Counted from the first letter of the whole stretch, positions 12,105 to 23,707 are shown. The stretch: 63,500 nucleotides of DNA, filler included, from Ministeria vibrans ATCC 50519 (GCA_943704425.1; 6 parts of 6 records of this genome joined end to end with filler, not necessarily neighbours in it); one strand, 5' to 3'. Notes: a model not told the origin generated them from the letters alone. Numbers and translations are program-made.

Positions 12105-12260
12105 AGTCCGAACACCAACTTAACAGTTAGGAAAAATATATGTTTCGCTGAAACTCGCGCCAGGGCGCTCTCAAGTCCCATGACCTATGCACACGATTGA
12201 GCCCAAGTTGCTGATTTTTTCCGGAATTAATTTTTTCAGGCGCGTTTATGAGCGCACTGT
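12105..12260 (-). repeat. Right TIR (~155 bp)
   Basis: agtccgaacaccaact...tttatgagcgcactgt is the inverted copy of 6956-7104. Confidence 0.95.
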
Positions 12261-12334
12261 TTTCAGATATTCAGATTTAATCAGAATTTTTATCTTCAAC
12301 TACCTGAACTTCTGTTCCGTTTCTCGTTATCGAT

Positions 12335-13220
12335 ATGAGTGTGCTTGGGGATCATTGCTACTTCTTAAAGCATTCTACGGCGCAGCGAAGCAAAACTCGT
12401 CGTCTTGACGTGGTCGAGTTGGAAACTCTTTTGCATGTTCCACCTCTGTCACGTTCAAAAAGGTGGCGTTTCGATGTAGCAGAGTGGACTACGGCCATGG
12501 TACTTGGGGCAGAGTCTGAAGCTCTTGGTGAGAATGGCGACATCTCTTTTTTCTACCTGACGTCTATAAATAGATCAATGTTGGCAATGCTTACTCGATG
12601 CAGTGAAGAACGACAGGCACATTGGAGCGATACTCAAGCGTATTCTGGATGATGAGCAGCGACGCAATCGATTCGTCGATGTGTACGCGACACTTCCACC
12701 TTTTCGAGCTCTCTCTCCCGTCCATGTTCTTCAGAAAGGCAGTGTCGGCGTCTCGTTCTCTGGGGATGCATCTGAAGTGCGCTTCACTACGTGCACCGAG
12801 ATTTCCGATCGGGATAGGAGGAATTTTGAAAGGTTGTGGCCAGACGTTTTGTTGGGCGAGACAAACGAGCACACTCAGGCCTGGAAACCGATTGCGCCGC
12901 TTACCCCGTACCAAGTGGACGTCTTACAGACAGTAGAGAAGGATATGAGGCAAAAGGAACACGTAAGTTTTTTTTTCTTCTCTTGTTTTTTTTTCAACCC
13001 ACGATATATTAATATTTTTTTTTCTTTCCGACAGGATGAGGTCGAGGCCGATATTGATCGCACACTTCAGCGCGATTTTATTCCTTGTTCCTACACTTCC
13101 CAACCCACCCGGCCTCCCAATTGCCAGTACGATGTTGCTCCTGAGACTTCAACGAATAATTTGAAATCAAACCCCTTTCCTTTGCACTTGCCTGCCCGGG
13201 CGCAAAGCAAACTCTTTTAG
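12335..13220 (+). CDS. Hypothetical protein, 3 exons (~255 aa)
   Basis: GT-AG introns at ~12528-12573 and ~12963-13035 join the ORFs in frame. No family recognised. Confidence 0.55.
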
Positions 13221-13782
13221 CGTTTCTCATTTCTGTGTCTGTATCTGTATCATAAAACAACAACTGGGATGTATTCATCAAAGAATTCTTTTTCTTATTA
13301 TTTTTATGTCCAACATTTCCATCTGCGAGAGACATCAGACGAGAGCGTGGTATATGTACACTAAGGTCACTAACAGTCTGTCTCCAGATTTGACGCACTA
13401 AACTACCGTTATTTCAATTCCAAGTCTCCCTGAGACTTTCCGTTGCGATTAATGGTCGGTCACAGAACGAACTAACGAGTTTTCGCGTATTTTATTGTAA
13501 GAAGAATACCCCCAAACCACAACAAGCTTGTCAACTCTTCCGTTACAATCAGTTTAACTCACTTTGATTGTTGGTTTTTTCATCAATTCTAAATTCATCT
13601 TCATTTGAAACAAAATCACAGTCATTGTTCCTCTTCTCGTCCATTTTTTCTCATCACTCAATTCTCTCTTTTCAGTTCTTTTTTTGCCTACTTTTTCTCT
13701 CTCTTTTTGTTTGTTTTTCTCTTCTCTCTCTAATTTCACTCTTCCTCTCTCACTCTCACTCTCTCTTGGATTCATGCGCCTC

Positions 13783-15764
13783 TCAAATCACAAAGTCTGC
13801 CGCGCCGTAGATGTCATCCCCATCGTCAGCTGTGCCAAGCACCATGCCGGGCGCAGTGTTGTTTGTGTTCGTATACATGAAGTCCTCGTCGTCGTCGCCT
13901 CCGCCATCAAAGAAGTCGTCATTCTCGTCCTCCGTGACACCACCAAGAACCATGGTCGGCGGTGCCACCCTGGTGCTTTGAGCCAGCGAGTTGATGATCG
14001 ACTCACGACGCTGCGCAAGAGCCGCATCCGAAGTCTGCAATGGGGCAGCCGCACTGGACGTCAGCTCGTCCGATTCGGCCGTCGTCGCGTCCGACAGCAA
14101 AAGAATCGGGTTGATCCAGAAAGAATCGCGCGATGACTGCGATGCCATGCGCGCCGTGCTCGCCGTAGTGGCGTCAAGTCTGGCCATGTCGTCGGTCGAC
14201 GACTCGCCCGCAGCAGAGTAGTTCCAGTTGCCCGCGTTCGCGTAGATGTCGTCCTTCTCATCATCGTCACCCGCAACCTCCAGACCGTGTTCCTGCAGCA
14301 TATACATTGTGAAAGGTCCATTGCGTCCACCCACATTGGCTGCTCCTGTGCGAACGCTCGAGCGCGACGTCACCTGGTTCACCTTGATGACATCCTTGCG
14401 GTGGTACACCTGCTCCTTGCCACGGCGACGCACCACCACGATCAGCAGCACAATGAGAATCACGGCAAGCACAGCCACAACAGCTCCAATGCCCATAGTC
14501 ACCGGCGAGACGCTTGACGCGCCGGTCGACACAGGTGCCACCTGACGGTATGCAGTCGTGTGGTTGGCTGAGCATGCCGCAGCGTCCTCGTCCCACGACA
14601 TGCCCTCCGAAGCCCACTGGCTCAGATCTTCGTCCCAGTACTCGCATGTGCCACCGTCAATCGCGTCACAGCTCTCGCCAAACGGAATCGAAATCTTGAC
14701 CGTGTCCGCGTCGGCCAAACCCGAAATGGGCTCGGGCTCGCTCGAGCCAGTCTCCTTGTTGAATACGGAGAAGTCCACCAGTTGCGAGACTGTACAGCTC
14801 GTCGACTCGGCCCATTCACCCTCACCCGACAGCGGATCCACACCGCTGTTCACAGTCATCGACGCAATAAAGACGTGATCGCCCAGCTGGTCCTTGAGCG
14901 CCGCTGCATCAAAGGCAACCTCGGGACAAACCGTGAAGCCGGGACGGCACGTTGCAGTAATCAGCACAGAGCTCTGACTCGACGTGTCAAACGCAATGAT
15001 GTACACCTCAATGCCGCGGTTCTCCGTGCCAAACATGATCGGGTCACCTCCAACGGCAGCCGCAGGTCCGACTGCGGCAATCAGGGCATTCAGTGTCGAC
15101 GTCAGCTGTGTACCACCAATGTTCATCTCCTGCAAACCCTGCAGCGCCGATCCAGCAGCCGTGAGCGACAGCGCATCGTCTCCAACAATACCGCCCGCCG
15201 CAACGACGGCAGAGCGTGCGTCGAGGTACTTCTGAACCATCGACAGAATCATACCTGAGAGAGCCGTTACTCCGTCCTCAACCGAACCGTCCGTCTTGGC
15301 AATGTCTACCTCCCGAAGACAGTACGAGAAGATGCTCATGTCACCAATGACAGTTATCACAGCCTCAACCTGCGCCTTCGTACCCGCCAAGCAGGTGGCG
15401 CTCGTCTGGAACTTGGTCACTGCGTCCTCAAATAGCGCATTGAGTGAGTCATCACAGGAAAGTTCACCAGTACTTTTCAGCGACTGGATCATTCCACTCA
15501 AAAGCGTAATGTAACCAGTCGGGTCACCGCACGGATCCACTGTCTCACTTGTGAGCTCGCCAGTCCAGAACTGCACGATGCCCTCTGGCGACGCACCCAC
15601 AAGTCCAGTAGGCATCGAGAGTGTCACCTCTGTTGTAGCCTCAGCAAAAGCACTTGACTCGTCAATGACCCTCACCACAAGCACAAGAGTGGTCTCGTCG
15701 TTCGCCGGAATAGGCAGCATTGTCTTGAACGAGTTGGTGTCTTGTGGTCCCGAAATAGGCACAA
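13783..15764 (-). CDS. REJ/GAIN-GPS single-pass membrane protein (polycystin-1-like ectodomain), 5' end lost in gap
   Basis: REJ-like LP....LVLVVRVIDESSA; GPS motif CEYWD...WASEG...CSANHTTAY; one TM helix followed by RRR; acidic cytoplasmic tail. Confidence 0.75.
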
Positions 15765-15863
15765 NNNNNNNNNNNNNNNNNNNNNNNNNNNNNNNNNNNN
15801 NNNNNNNNTTAATTAATTAANNNNNNNNNNNNNNNNNNNNNNNNNNNNNNNNNNNNNNNNNNN
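15765..15863. other. Assembly linker N-TTAATTAATTAA-N (also at ~26251-26350, 35936-36035, 54531-54630, 57787-57885)
   Basis: Identical six-frame stop 12-mer centred in ~100-nt N runs. Confidence 0.95.
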
Positions 15864-15904
15864 NTTTTTTTTCTCTCTCTCTCTCTGTCTCATTCTTGCA
15901 CATA

Positions 15905-16139
15905 CCGCTGCTTTTGTAAGGGCCTTCTGAGCCTTGAGAAGGAACTTGAGGGTCTTGTCCTGCTTCTGCTGGGCCTTGAGCAGCTGCTTGTCGGTCAGGG
16001 GCGTTCCGTCGTCCGCCGTGCGTGCCACTGCGCCCATGACGATCGTCCCGTCCTCGCCGATCCGCGCCGACTCCTTGGCTAGCAGTTCCTCAAATGCCTG
16101 CTGCGGCGTGGGTCCTGTTGAGGCTCCAGCGTCAGACAT
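15905..16139 (-). CDS. First exon of an unidentified gene (remainder lost in gap)
   Basis: MSDAGAST...QKALTKAA followed by donor GTATGT; GC-rich codon usage like neighbouring genes. Confidence 0.5.
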
Positions 16140-16262
16140 GCTTGAATTTCTCACTTGGAATACTAAAAATGACCTTTTTTCATTTAATCATTTAATACAA
16201 TCATACGACATACTAGTACATCAATCAATTCAAACACAATAAAATTTTCGACGCGAAACAGC

Positions 16263-19200
16263 TCAACTGACACCACTCGAATCAAGGCCAAGATCAATTT
16301 CAACATTGCCAATGGTGCTGCGATCGGGCGCATACGGCTTGAGCACACCCTTGTTGAGGTGCTTGGCCGTCGCTATGTGCCGCGACCACCAAAACTCAGG
16401 CACCTGACACTGACACGCGTCGCAATAGCGCTGCTTGCGTCCCTGCTGCACGGCTGTCGTGGCCGTCGTCGCTGGTCCTTTGGCAATGCTTTCCGGCGAC
16501 CCTTTCGCGCTGTGCTGCTGTGCGAGCAGTTGACCTCGACGTGTCACGGCTCGCGCACTCGGACCAGGTGGACCATAGCGTTGACGTAGGTACATGAAGA
16601 GCGCCCCAAGAGCAAGACTAATAGGAAAGCCGCCAAGTAATAGGTAATTGGTAGTGCTTTCGGAGGCGGGAAAGACGGTGGCGGCAAGTAGTGCCACGAG
16701 ATTCGTGTACACAACGGCCATGAGCATTGCAGCGCGACCAATGTTGACGCGACGGTCGTAGTAGGCAGGATCGACGAGGGAGGCGACGAGCATGAAAACG
16801 GTGACAACAAACAACACGGCTGTGATAGTTTCGCTCGAGATGCGTCCTGTGCCCAGCACGGTGATGGCCACAAGTGCGAGGCGAGCCAAGAGCTGCAGCT
16901 GATTTCCAGTGGTACCAGGACGCGAGAAGAGCCCGCGATGGCGCAGGTCGGGCGCATCAAAAGACCAACGGAACCAAAAAAAGACCGCAACGCGACTGAG
17001 TTGATTGGAGACACGTACGAGACGGAGAGTGAGCACAAGGAAAAGAAGCAGGGCAAGGGCAGCGATGGTGCAGTAGGCAATGTGGTGGTGGGCCCAGCAA
17101 GGGAGCAGGGCAGAAGGGGCGGTGGAGGGATCAAGGCAGTCGCCAAAGACAGCAAGGAGAACGCGGCAGACGGGAATGAAGAAGGCAGATGTGAGGAAAA
17201 AGAGGTAGACGGAAATGAGGGCGTAGAGAGCGCCGCGCACAGACCAGATGTCGTGAGCGTCGAAGACGACGAGGTGAGCGGCGAGAAAGGAGGCAAGGGC
17301 AAGCACGACGGCAGCAACGACGCCCCAGAGCACAGCGTACGGCAGCGAGAAAAACTGCAGCGACGGAAGGATGTTGCGTAGAAAATTGTCGACGTGAAAA
17401 AGAGGGCCAATGACAAAGGGAAAAGAGAGGAGCTGGAGGAAGTCAAACAGGAGGACGGCAAGCGAGGCAAGGGCCATCAATGGTGGCATGCGTAATTCGT
17501 CGAAAACGGCGCGCCGTGTGCCATACACCTGCTTGAGGCGTCCTTTGCGAGCGTCCCATTGGCAAAGCATGCCGTCACGACTGGCCGACAAAAAGCGCCG
17601 AGGAGCGTTGGCCGTGGAGGGTGAGGAGGAAGAGACGGAGGCAATGCAGTTGATGTAGTCTCCGTGTGCGTCGTATTCCCATGCGAGCTCACCCGAGTCT
17701 ACTCGGTGGCACAGCACAGTGGCCGCCTTGCCGCCTGATAAGAGAAACTCGTCACGTGAGTCCACTGCCAACGCACGCACTGTCGACGCGTGCCCGCCAA
17801 ACGACCGTTCCAAAGTGCCCGTCTCCAGGTTGAACATGCGCACAAGGCCGTCACGCGACGCACTGAAGATGCGCTGGGAGTGCTGCGACACAGAGAGTGC
17901 GTTGACGGCGTCCGAGTGGCCCTCGAGAACATGCAAGAGGGCGCCGGTGCGGGCGCACCAGCAGCGCATACCACCCTCGGCGTCGGCGGTGACACAGGCG
18001 ACAGCGAGCGGAGCGGCCACGACAAAGTTGACGGACGCCGTGTGGGCGGCGGGGCAGTTGAAGACGGGCGGAAGAGGAGGCGCGAGGGACTGGTCGACGC
18101 ACCAAAAGAGCACACGGCCGTCCACCGCACCCGCAAACATTCCAAAGAGCGTCACCTGACCGGAGCCGGATGGATCCAGTATGGGCACAGCACACACATT
18201 GTTGATGCCCACCTTAGGGGCACTACTGGGGGTGCTCTTATTGTCGTGTCCGTCGTCGTCGCGCGTACATGTATCAAAGGTCGCGAGTGGATCGAGCGAG
18301 TCGGAAGCAACGTCAATGGCTGTGATCAATCCATCCATAGTCGACGCAAGCACAACGGTACTGGCGAGCACGGAGAGAGCGCTGACTTGGCCGCCCAACT
18401 CGAGGGTACGCACCGGACACGGCTCGCAACCGCGAAGGTCGAGAAACGCCTGCAGGTCCCACAGCTTGACTGTCTTGTCGGAGGACGCCGAGAGCACTGC
18501 AAGTTGCGGCGTGTGAATAATGTGGGCGGACATGACTTGTCGGGTGTGGCCACGCAAGACAGCAATGCAGTTTGCGCTGCGCAACGACCAGATTCGGATG
18601 GTATGGTCGCGTGAGCATGACACGACAAGATCGTCGTCGGCGCTCGCCGAGACTGACCAGACCGTGTCGGTGTGTGCCCAAGCGTCGCGTCGCGGCAAGT
18701 ACTCGGAGGCGTCGCTGGTCTTTTTCATTTCTTCGATGGTGTCGCGAAAGCGGGAGGGACAGCAGCACAACCAGGAGGCGCGCGAGTTGACGGTGTCGTG
18801 CGCTGGGGCCATAGCGGTCTCTAGGGCGACGCGAAACACGTCGGAGACACCCTGACCGCGTAATGCGGAGCAGGACACGTAGCGAACGCCGTGCTGCGCG
18901 GCAAGCCGCTCCGTCTCGGCAGGGTGCACGGCGTGGTCCAGGTCCGCCTTCAAGCCCACCAGGATCCACCGTGAGTTGGGCGCATGGTACGCGATCTCAG
19001 GCAGCCACTTCTCGACGGTGTTTTGAAAGCTTGTGCGACTGTTGAGGGCGAAGCACACGAGGAAGACGTCTGTTTGGGGGTAGGAGAGCGGACGCAACCT
19101 GCAAGACCAAAGTTCAGTGCACCGTCACCTCATCTTGACCGATCTCGCACCTATCGTAATCCTCTTGGCCTGCCGTGTCCCACAGTCCAACGTTGTATGG

Positions 19201-19347
19201 TTTGGCGTCGTGCATGACGTTCGCCGAGTAGTTGTCGAAGACGGTGGGCACGTACTCGCCGGGAAAGGCGTTGGTCGTGTACATGATGAGCAAGCAGGTC
19301 TTCCCCACTGCCCCGTCGCCCACCGCGACGACCTTGACTGACTGCAT
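16263..19347 (-). CDS. Rac/Rho GTPase - WD40 repeats - multi-pass membrane domain - zinc finger fusion protein (~1010 aa, one intron)
   Basis: [30 protein letters not shown]|[12 protein letters not shown] across an intron at ~19099-19150. Multiple GH...WD repeats, about 8 hydrophobic helices and YCDAC...HIATAKH follow in one open frame. Confidence 0.9.
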
Positions 19348-19561
19348 CGCGCCTTATGCTGCAGTACACAACCGGTGGGGCCGTCGTGAAATTTATATGA
19401 GTTTGCAATGTAAGTTTATTGTAGATTGTAAAACTCTTTGTCTTTGAATTTTGTTTGAATCTGAGGTGAAAGTAAAGATTTGATTTTGTGTCGACGTTCT
19501 CATAAGTTATCAGACATAAGTTAATAAGTTTCTTTCTTGTCATTGGTTGGCCTTCGTCAAG

Positions 19562-22217
19562 ATGGATCCGTTTGAGTGCGCTCGCACCGCAGACAACATG
19601 CAACTGATCCGATGGATCGACAAACTGTCTGGCAGCGTCAACGCAGGCGACCTCCACGGCCACACCGTGCTGCATTGGGTAGGCGTGTGTGCGTGTGTAT
19701 GTGTGTACTGACGCGTGTGCGGTGCGTGCGTGCAGGCGGCCAAGGCAGGGCACGCCAGCACTGTTGACGTCTTACTCTCGCGCGGCGCCATGCCGAACAA
19801 GCGCAACGGCGGAGGCGACACTCCCCTCCACAATGCCGTGACCCACAACAAACTCAGTGTTGTCGACAAGGTGCATGGGAATTCATTCGCCCAACACACA
19901 AAGTTCACCTTTCCTCTGTTTCTCTGTGTTTAGCTGATCTTGGCACACGCCGATGTAAACGCAGCCAACGAGCACGGGAACACGCCGTTGCACTATGCAT
20001 TGTTTTGGCGATACACGGATGTGGTTGACAGACTGATCAAAGGAGGCGCACACGTAAGACAAAGACACACACGCAACGCTATACGAACGCAGTATAATCC
20101 ATACATATATGCAGACACTCACACAACGATATATATATGCACACACGCAACACTGTATATACTATACAGACACACATAACACTATACACACACAGACACA
20201 CACACACGCACACACACACACACACAGAGAGAGAGACACTTTGTTGTTAACGCTTGAATCTGTAGCCGTTGATTTCAAATAAGTATGGGAGAACACCACT
20301 GGATGGGGTGAACGAAGCGGAAAAGGCGCGTATTTTGAAGTTGGCGGAAGCGAAGAAGGGCCGACCGATGAAAAAGAAGTCGTATGTGACGCTCAAGGTG
20401 GAGGAGGATGAGCGAGCGTCGCTCACTCTCGCGCCGGATCTGTCGACGCCCATTGTGGTAAGTGTCAGTGGGTTCCAGACGAAGTAGTGATGTCATATTG
20501 CGCGATGTCCTTGTCTTTTTACATATGGTAGGTACCGTTCAATTTTTTGACGATGGGGGGACTGAGCGAGACCATCAGCGATGGGGAGGTGTTTGATGCA
20601 GTGTGGAGTGGAAAGGGGGCGTGGACGGGTGCTAAGGTGAAGTTGTGTGGATGTTGGTGGTGGCAGCGGTAGTGATGATGAGACTGAGTGCTGATGTGCG
20701 CTGTGGCGTGTAGGTGTCGGTGAAGCAGTTTCTCAAGGTGGACTGGAGCGGGGATGAGGTGGCGCGCTTCACCGAGTATGCGACAGAGCTGCGGGCGACA
20801 GTTAAATGCGACTACATCCGGACAATCCTGGCCATCAGCAACAGTGTCCCTCATCTATGCGTCATTTCCAACCGCAGTGATCAAAACCTGCGCACGGCCC
20901 TGCGCGATCCTACCCGTCTTCTCGACGAGAAGAGCCAGGTATAAGAAAGAGAGAAGAAGAGACGGACCGTGACCGCGGGACGGACAGAGAGATGTACCTT
21001 GCCTTTTTTTTTGTCTTGCTTGTTTATATATCTTGTATCTTGTGATTAATTTGGTGTCTTTGCTCTTTTTATTTGCCTCTTCTTTCGTCTGCCTTTATTT
21101 TGGTTTATCCCTTTTCATTTTGATGTTTGACTCTGGCCTTCCCATTTACTCACTACATATCTGCTCCTTCTCTTTTTGTGTGTTTGTGCGGTACCTCAGT
21201 TGCGCTATGCGATTCACGTCGCGCGGGGCATCACGTGGCTGCATGAGCTGTCTCGCTCTCTCTCGCCTCTCCTCCACATTTCGACCCTCACGATTAAGGT
21301 CGGACAAGGGGACCGTCCTCAGATCTCCGCCGATTCTTTTCAATACCCGCATGAGTTTGGCAAGTTTGATCGTGTTTTTCATCCTGAGTTTGCTGCTCCT
21401 GAAGGTACACCCATTTGTTTTTTGTCGAGTATTATGCTTCTGTTCATCGTATTTTATTATTTGTATCACATCATTCATGACGCCCAACTTTTGTTGAAAA
21501 TATGTTTTTTTTTTCTTCGAGTGTACTTTATCATTAATTTTTATTCTTTCTTCCTCTGTCGCTATCACCTTTTTTTCTATTATCACTTTGTTCTTTCTCC
21601 CTCCCTCTTCTCTCTCTCTCTATTTCTTTGTTTCTCTTTGTCTGTCCCTCTGTCTATCTGTTTGTCTTATCTTTTTTATGTGTACGTGCTCGGTTTATCA
21701 CACTTTTTTTTTGTGTTTAGTGCTGATGAACAAGGAAGGATCGTATCCAGCGAAACCCGTCGACGTGTTTTCGTTTGCAATGGTATTCCTTGAGATTGTG
21801 ACGCGCAAGGCGCCGTGGGAGGCACCCTTCACGCCCTTGAGCCTTGGCATGGCCATTGCCATGGACGACGCTCGCCCGCCCATTCCCGACTACATTCGCA
21901 AACCCTTCCGTCAACTCGTGGCTGTCACGTGGGTTCGTGACTCCCGCAAGCGCCCCCCCATGGTCCGCGTTCTCGCGACCCTCGAGAAGATGCGCAAGGT
22001 CATGTTCAAGGACCCAACGACCGATAGTCCCAACGCCAGTGCTGCGTCTGTCGCCGTGTCCATGCCCAGTGCATCTCCTGCCGCCTCCCGCCCCAATCTC
22101 GCCAAGGATGCCACTCAAAACAGTTTTGCTTCGCTCAGTCTCGATCCCGAACTCGACGTTGATTTTGATGCTGCCGACGACGAAGAACTCTCCGACTTTC
22201 GTGCACAGTTTGAGTGA
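19562..22217 (+). CDS. ILK: Integrin-linked kinase-like protein (ankyrin repeats plus pseudokinase), multi-exon
   Basis: NAGDLHGHTVLHW, GDTPLH, ADVNAANEHGNTPLHYALFW and ISNKYG parallel animal ILK. The kinase-fold part lacks HRD and DFG but keeps APE and DVFSFA. Confidence 0.85.
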
Positions 22218-22348
22218 AAAGACAAGCAATTAATAATTAATGTCGAAAAAGGACACAAAAAGAACATTTGTGATGAAAGTGACCAACAAAGATATACTAA
22301 TACGAAAGTAAACTCATAAAATTAATTACAAGAAAATAAATCGAAAAT

Positions 22349-22464
22349 ATAATAATAATAATACTAATAATAATACTAATACTAATAATAATAATAATAC
22401 AATAATAATAATAATACAATAATGATAATAATAATAATTATTATTATTATTATTATTATTATTA
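22349..22464. repeat. (TAA)n/(TTA)n microsatellite in inverted arrangement
   Basis: A degenerate AAT run switches to an ATT run at ~22437. Confidence 0.9.
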
Positions 22465-22493
22465 AATGGGTTGTATTCTTCTTCTTCTTATTA

Positions 22494-22822
22494 AAGGACG
22501 GCGAGCTCGTGAAGGCAGCGGAGAGTCTGTCCACAAACGAGTGGCGAGCGCGTCTCCAAGACACGCCCAGCCTCAGCGGACCTACGAGCGCGTCGCCACT
22601 CAAAGACAGGAGGTACAACCCACTGAGCACATCCAAGTACCTGAGCAAGATGCCGAAGAGATCGGGGCAAGTGCTGCTACTGCTGCGCTGCAACGCACTC
22701 ATCACGGGCACCACCTGCATCAGCTGGGGCATGGCGGGCCCAGCCTTTGCGCGCTTCAACATCCCCGCCGGCGCGTCGGTCGACACGTTCCGGTGTCGGG
22801 CGTGCGCAGCCATCCCACAGCC

Positions 22823-22862
<40 letters not shown>

Positions 22863-23613
22863 CTGCAACAACCACCGCTGGAGAGCCCGGAACACTTCCT
22901 GCTCCACTGTGCTCACCCAGCGGTGTACCGACACCGACACGACTCACTGGTCGGCAAGACCCTTGCCGAGGCATTGCGCGCGACCAATGACACGCACTAT
23001 GAAGCACTTCATCCCCTGGGGGAGATGTACAAATGCTTCATCGTCGCCGTCAACGCCACCCATTGACTCACCCTTCCGAACCCCTCGTCCCNNNNNNCGA
23101 CACGCACTATGAAGCACTTCATCCCCTGGGGGAGATGTACAAATGCTTCATCGTCGCCGTCAACGCCACCCATTGACTCACCCTTCCGAACCCCTCGTCC
23201 CCCCACCCACCCATCCATATATCTATCCTCATAATCTAACACACAGTCACGACAACAAGCACACCAGCCGCCCTACAGCCGACCCGCCCCGCCTGTGTAC
23301 CACGGGAGCGCCCCGCAGCCACCTGGACTTGCCGCCGCCGACCACCGATCCGATTGCCTCAACCACGACTTCGACTTTACACTCCTTGCCGACAGACACC
23401 TTCATGGTGTCAGAGCCCTAAGCCTCCTCTGGGGGTATGGCGTACCATTGCGATTGCCTCACTGGATAGCGTCGACACAGCACTATGACCTGCCACTGTT
23501 CTCCCATGTTACCTCTAGAGTTTCGGTCGAGTTTGCAAGGCGGTCTGGCTGTGTCTTCGCGTGGTGACTGTATCATTAATAAATGGGTTGTATTCTTCTT
23601 CTTCTTCTTCTTC
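22494..23613 (+). mobile_element. 5'-truncated non-LTR retrotransposon (ORF2 C-terminus plus 3' UTR, (TTC)n tail)
   Basis: LLLLRC...CRAC...ESPEHFLLHC is the LINE ORF2 C-terminal zinc-knuckle. The element ends in AATAAA-TGGGTTGTA(TTC)n and is embedded in (TTA)n. Confidence 0.7.
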
Positions 23614-23707
23614 TTATTATTATTAATTTCTTATTATGAGAGAACAATAACAATTGTGATTACTCCAATACTCCTCCACTTACATGACAATAATTTTACT
23701 TTAATCG

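Larger units (their letters stand above)
6956..12260 (-). mobile_element. Mutator-like (MULE) DNA transposon, ~5.3 kb, decayed
   Basis: Terminal inverted repeats at 6956-7104 and 12105-12260 enclose MULE transposase and SWIM motifs. No TSD visible. Confidence 0.85.

Noticed and set aside
6488-13442. Weak inverted similarity GGAAAAGTCTCAGG..GACTT..TTGAAAT at ~6490 and ~13411-13442
   Set aside because: Short, gapped and does not extend collinearly; too little to call an outer element.
15765-15863. Recurring palindrome TTAATTAATTAA (five sites)
   Set aside because: Always centred in N runs; an artificial six-frame stop linker.
22988-23200. ~100-bp tandem duplication
   Set aside because: The copies abut a short N gap, typical of overlapping contig ends.
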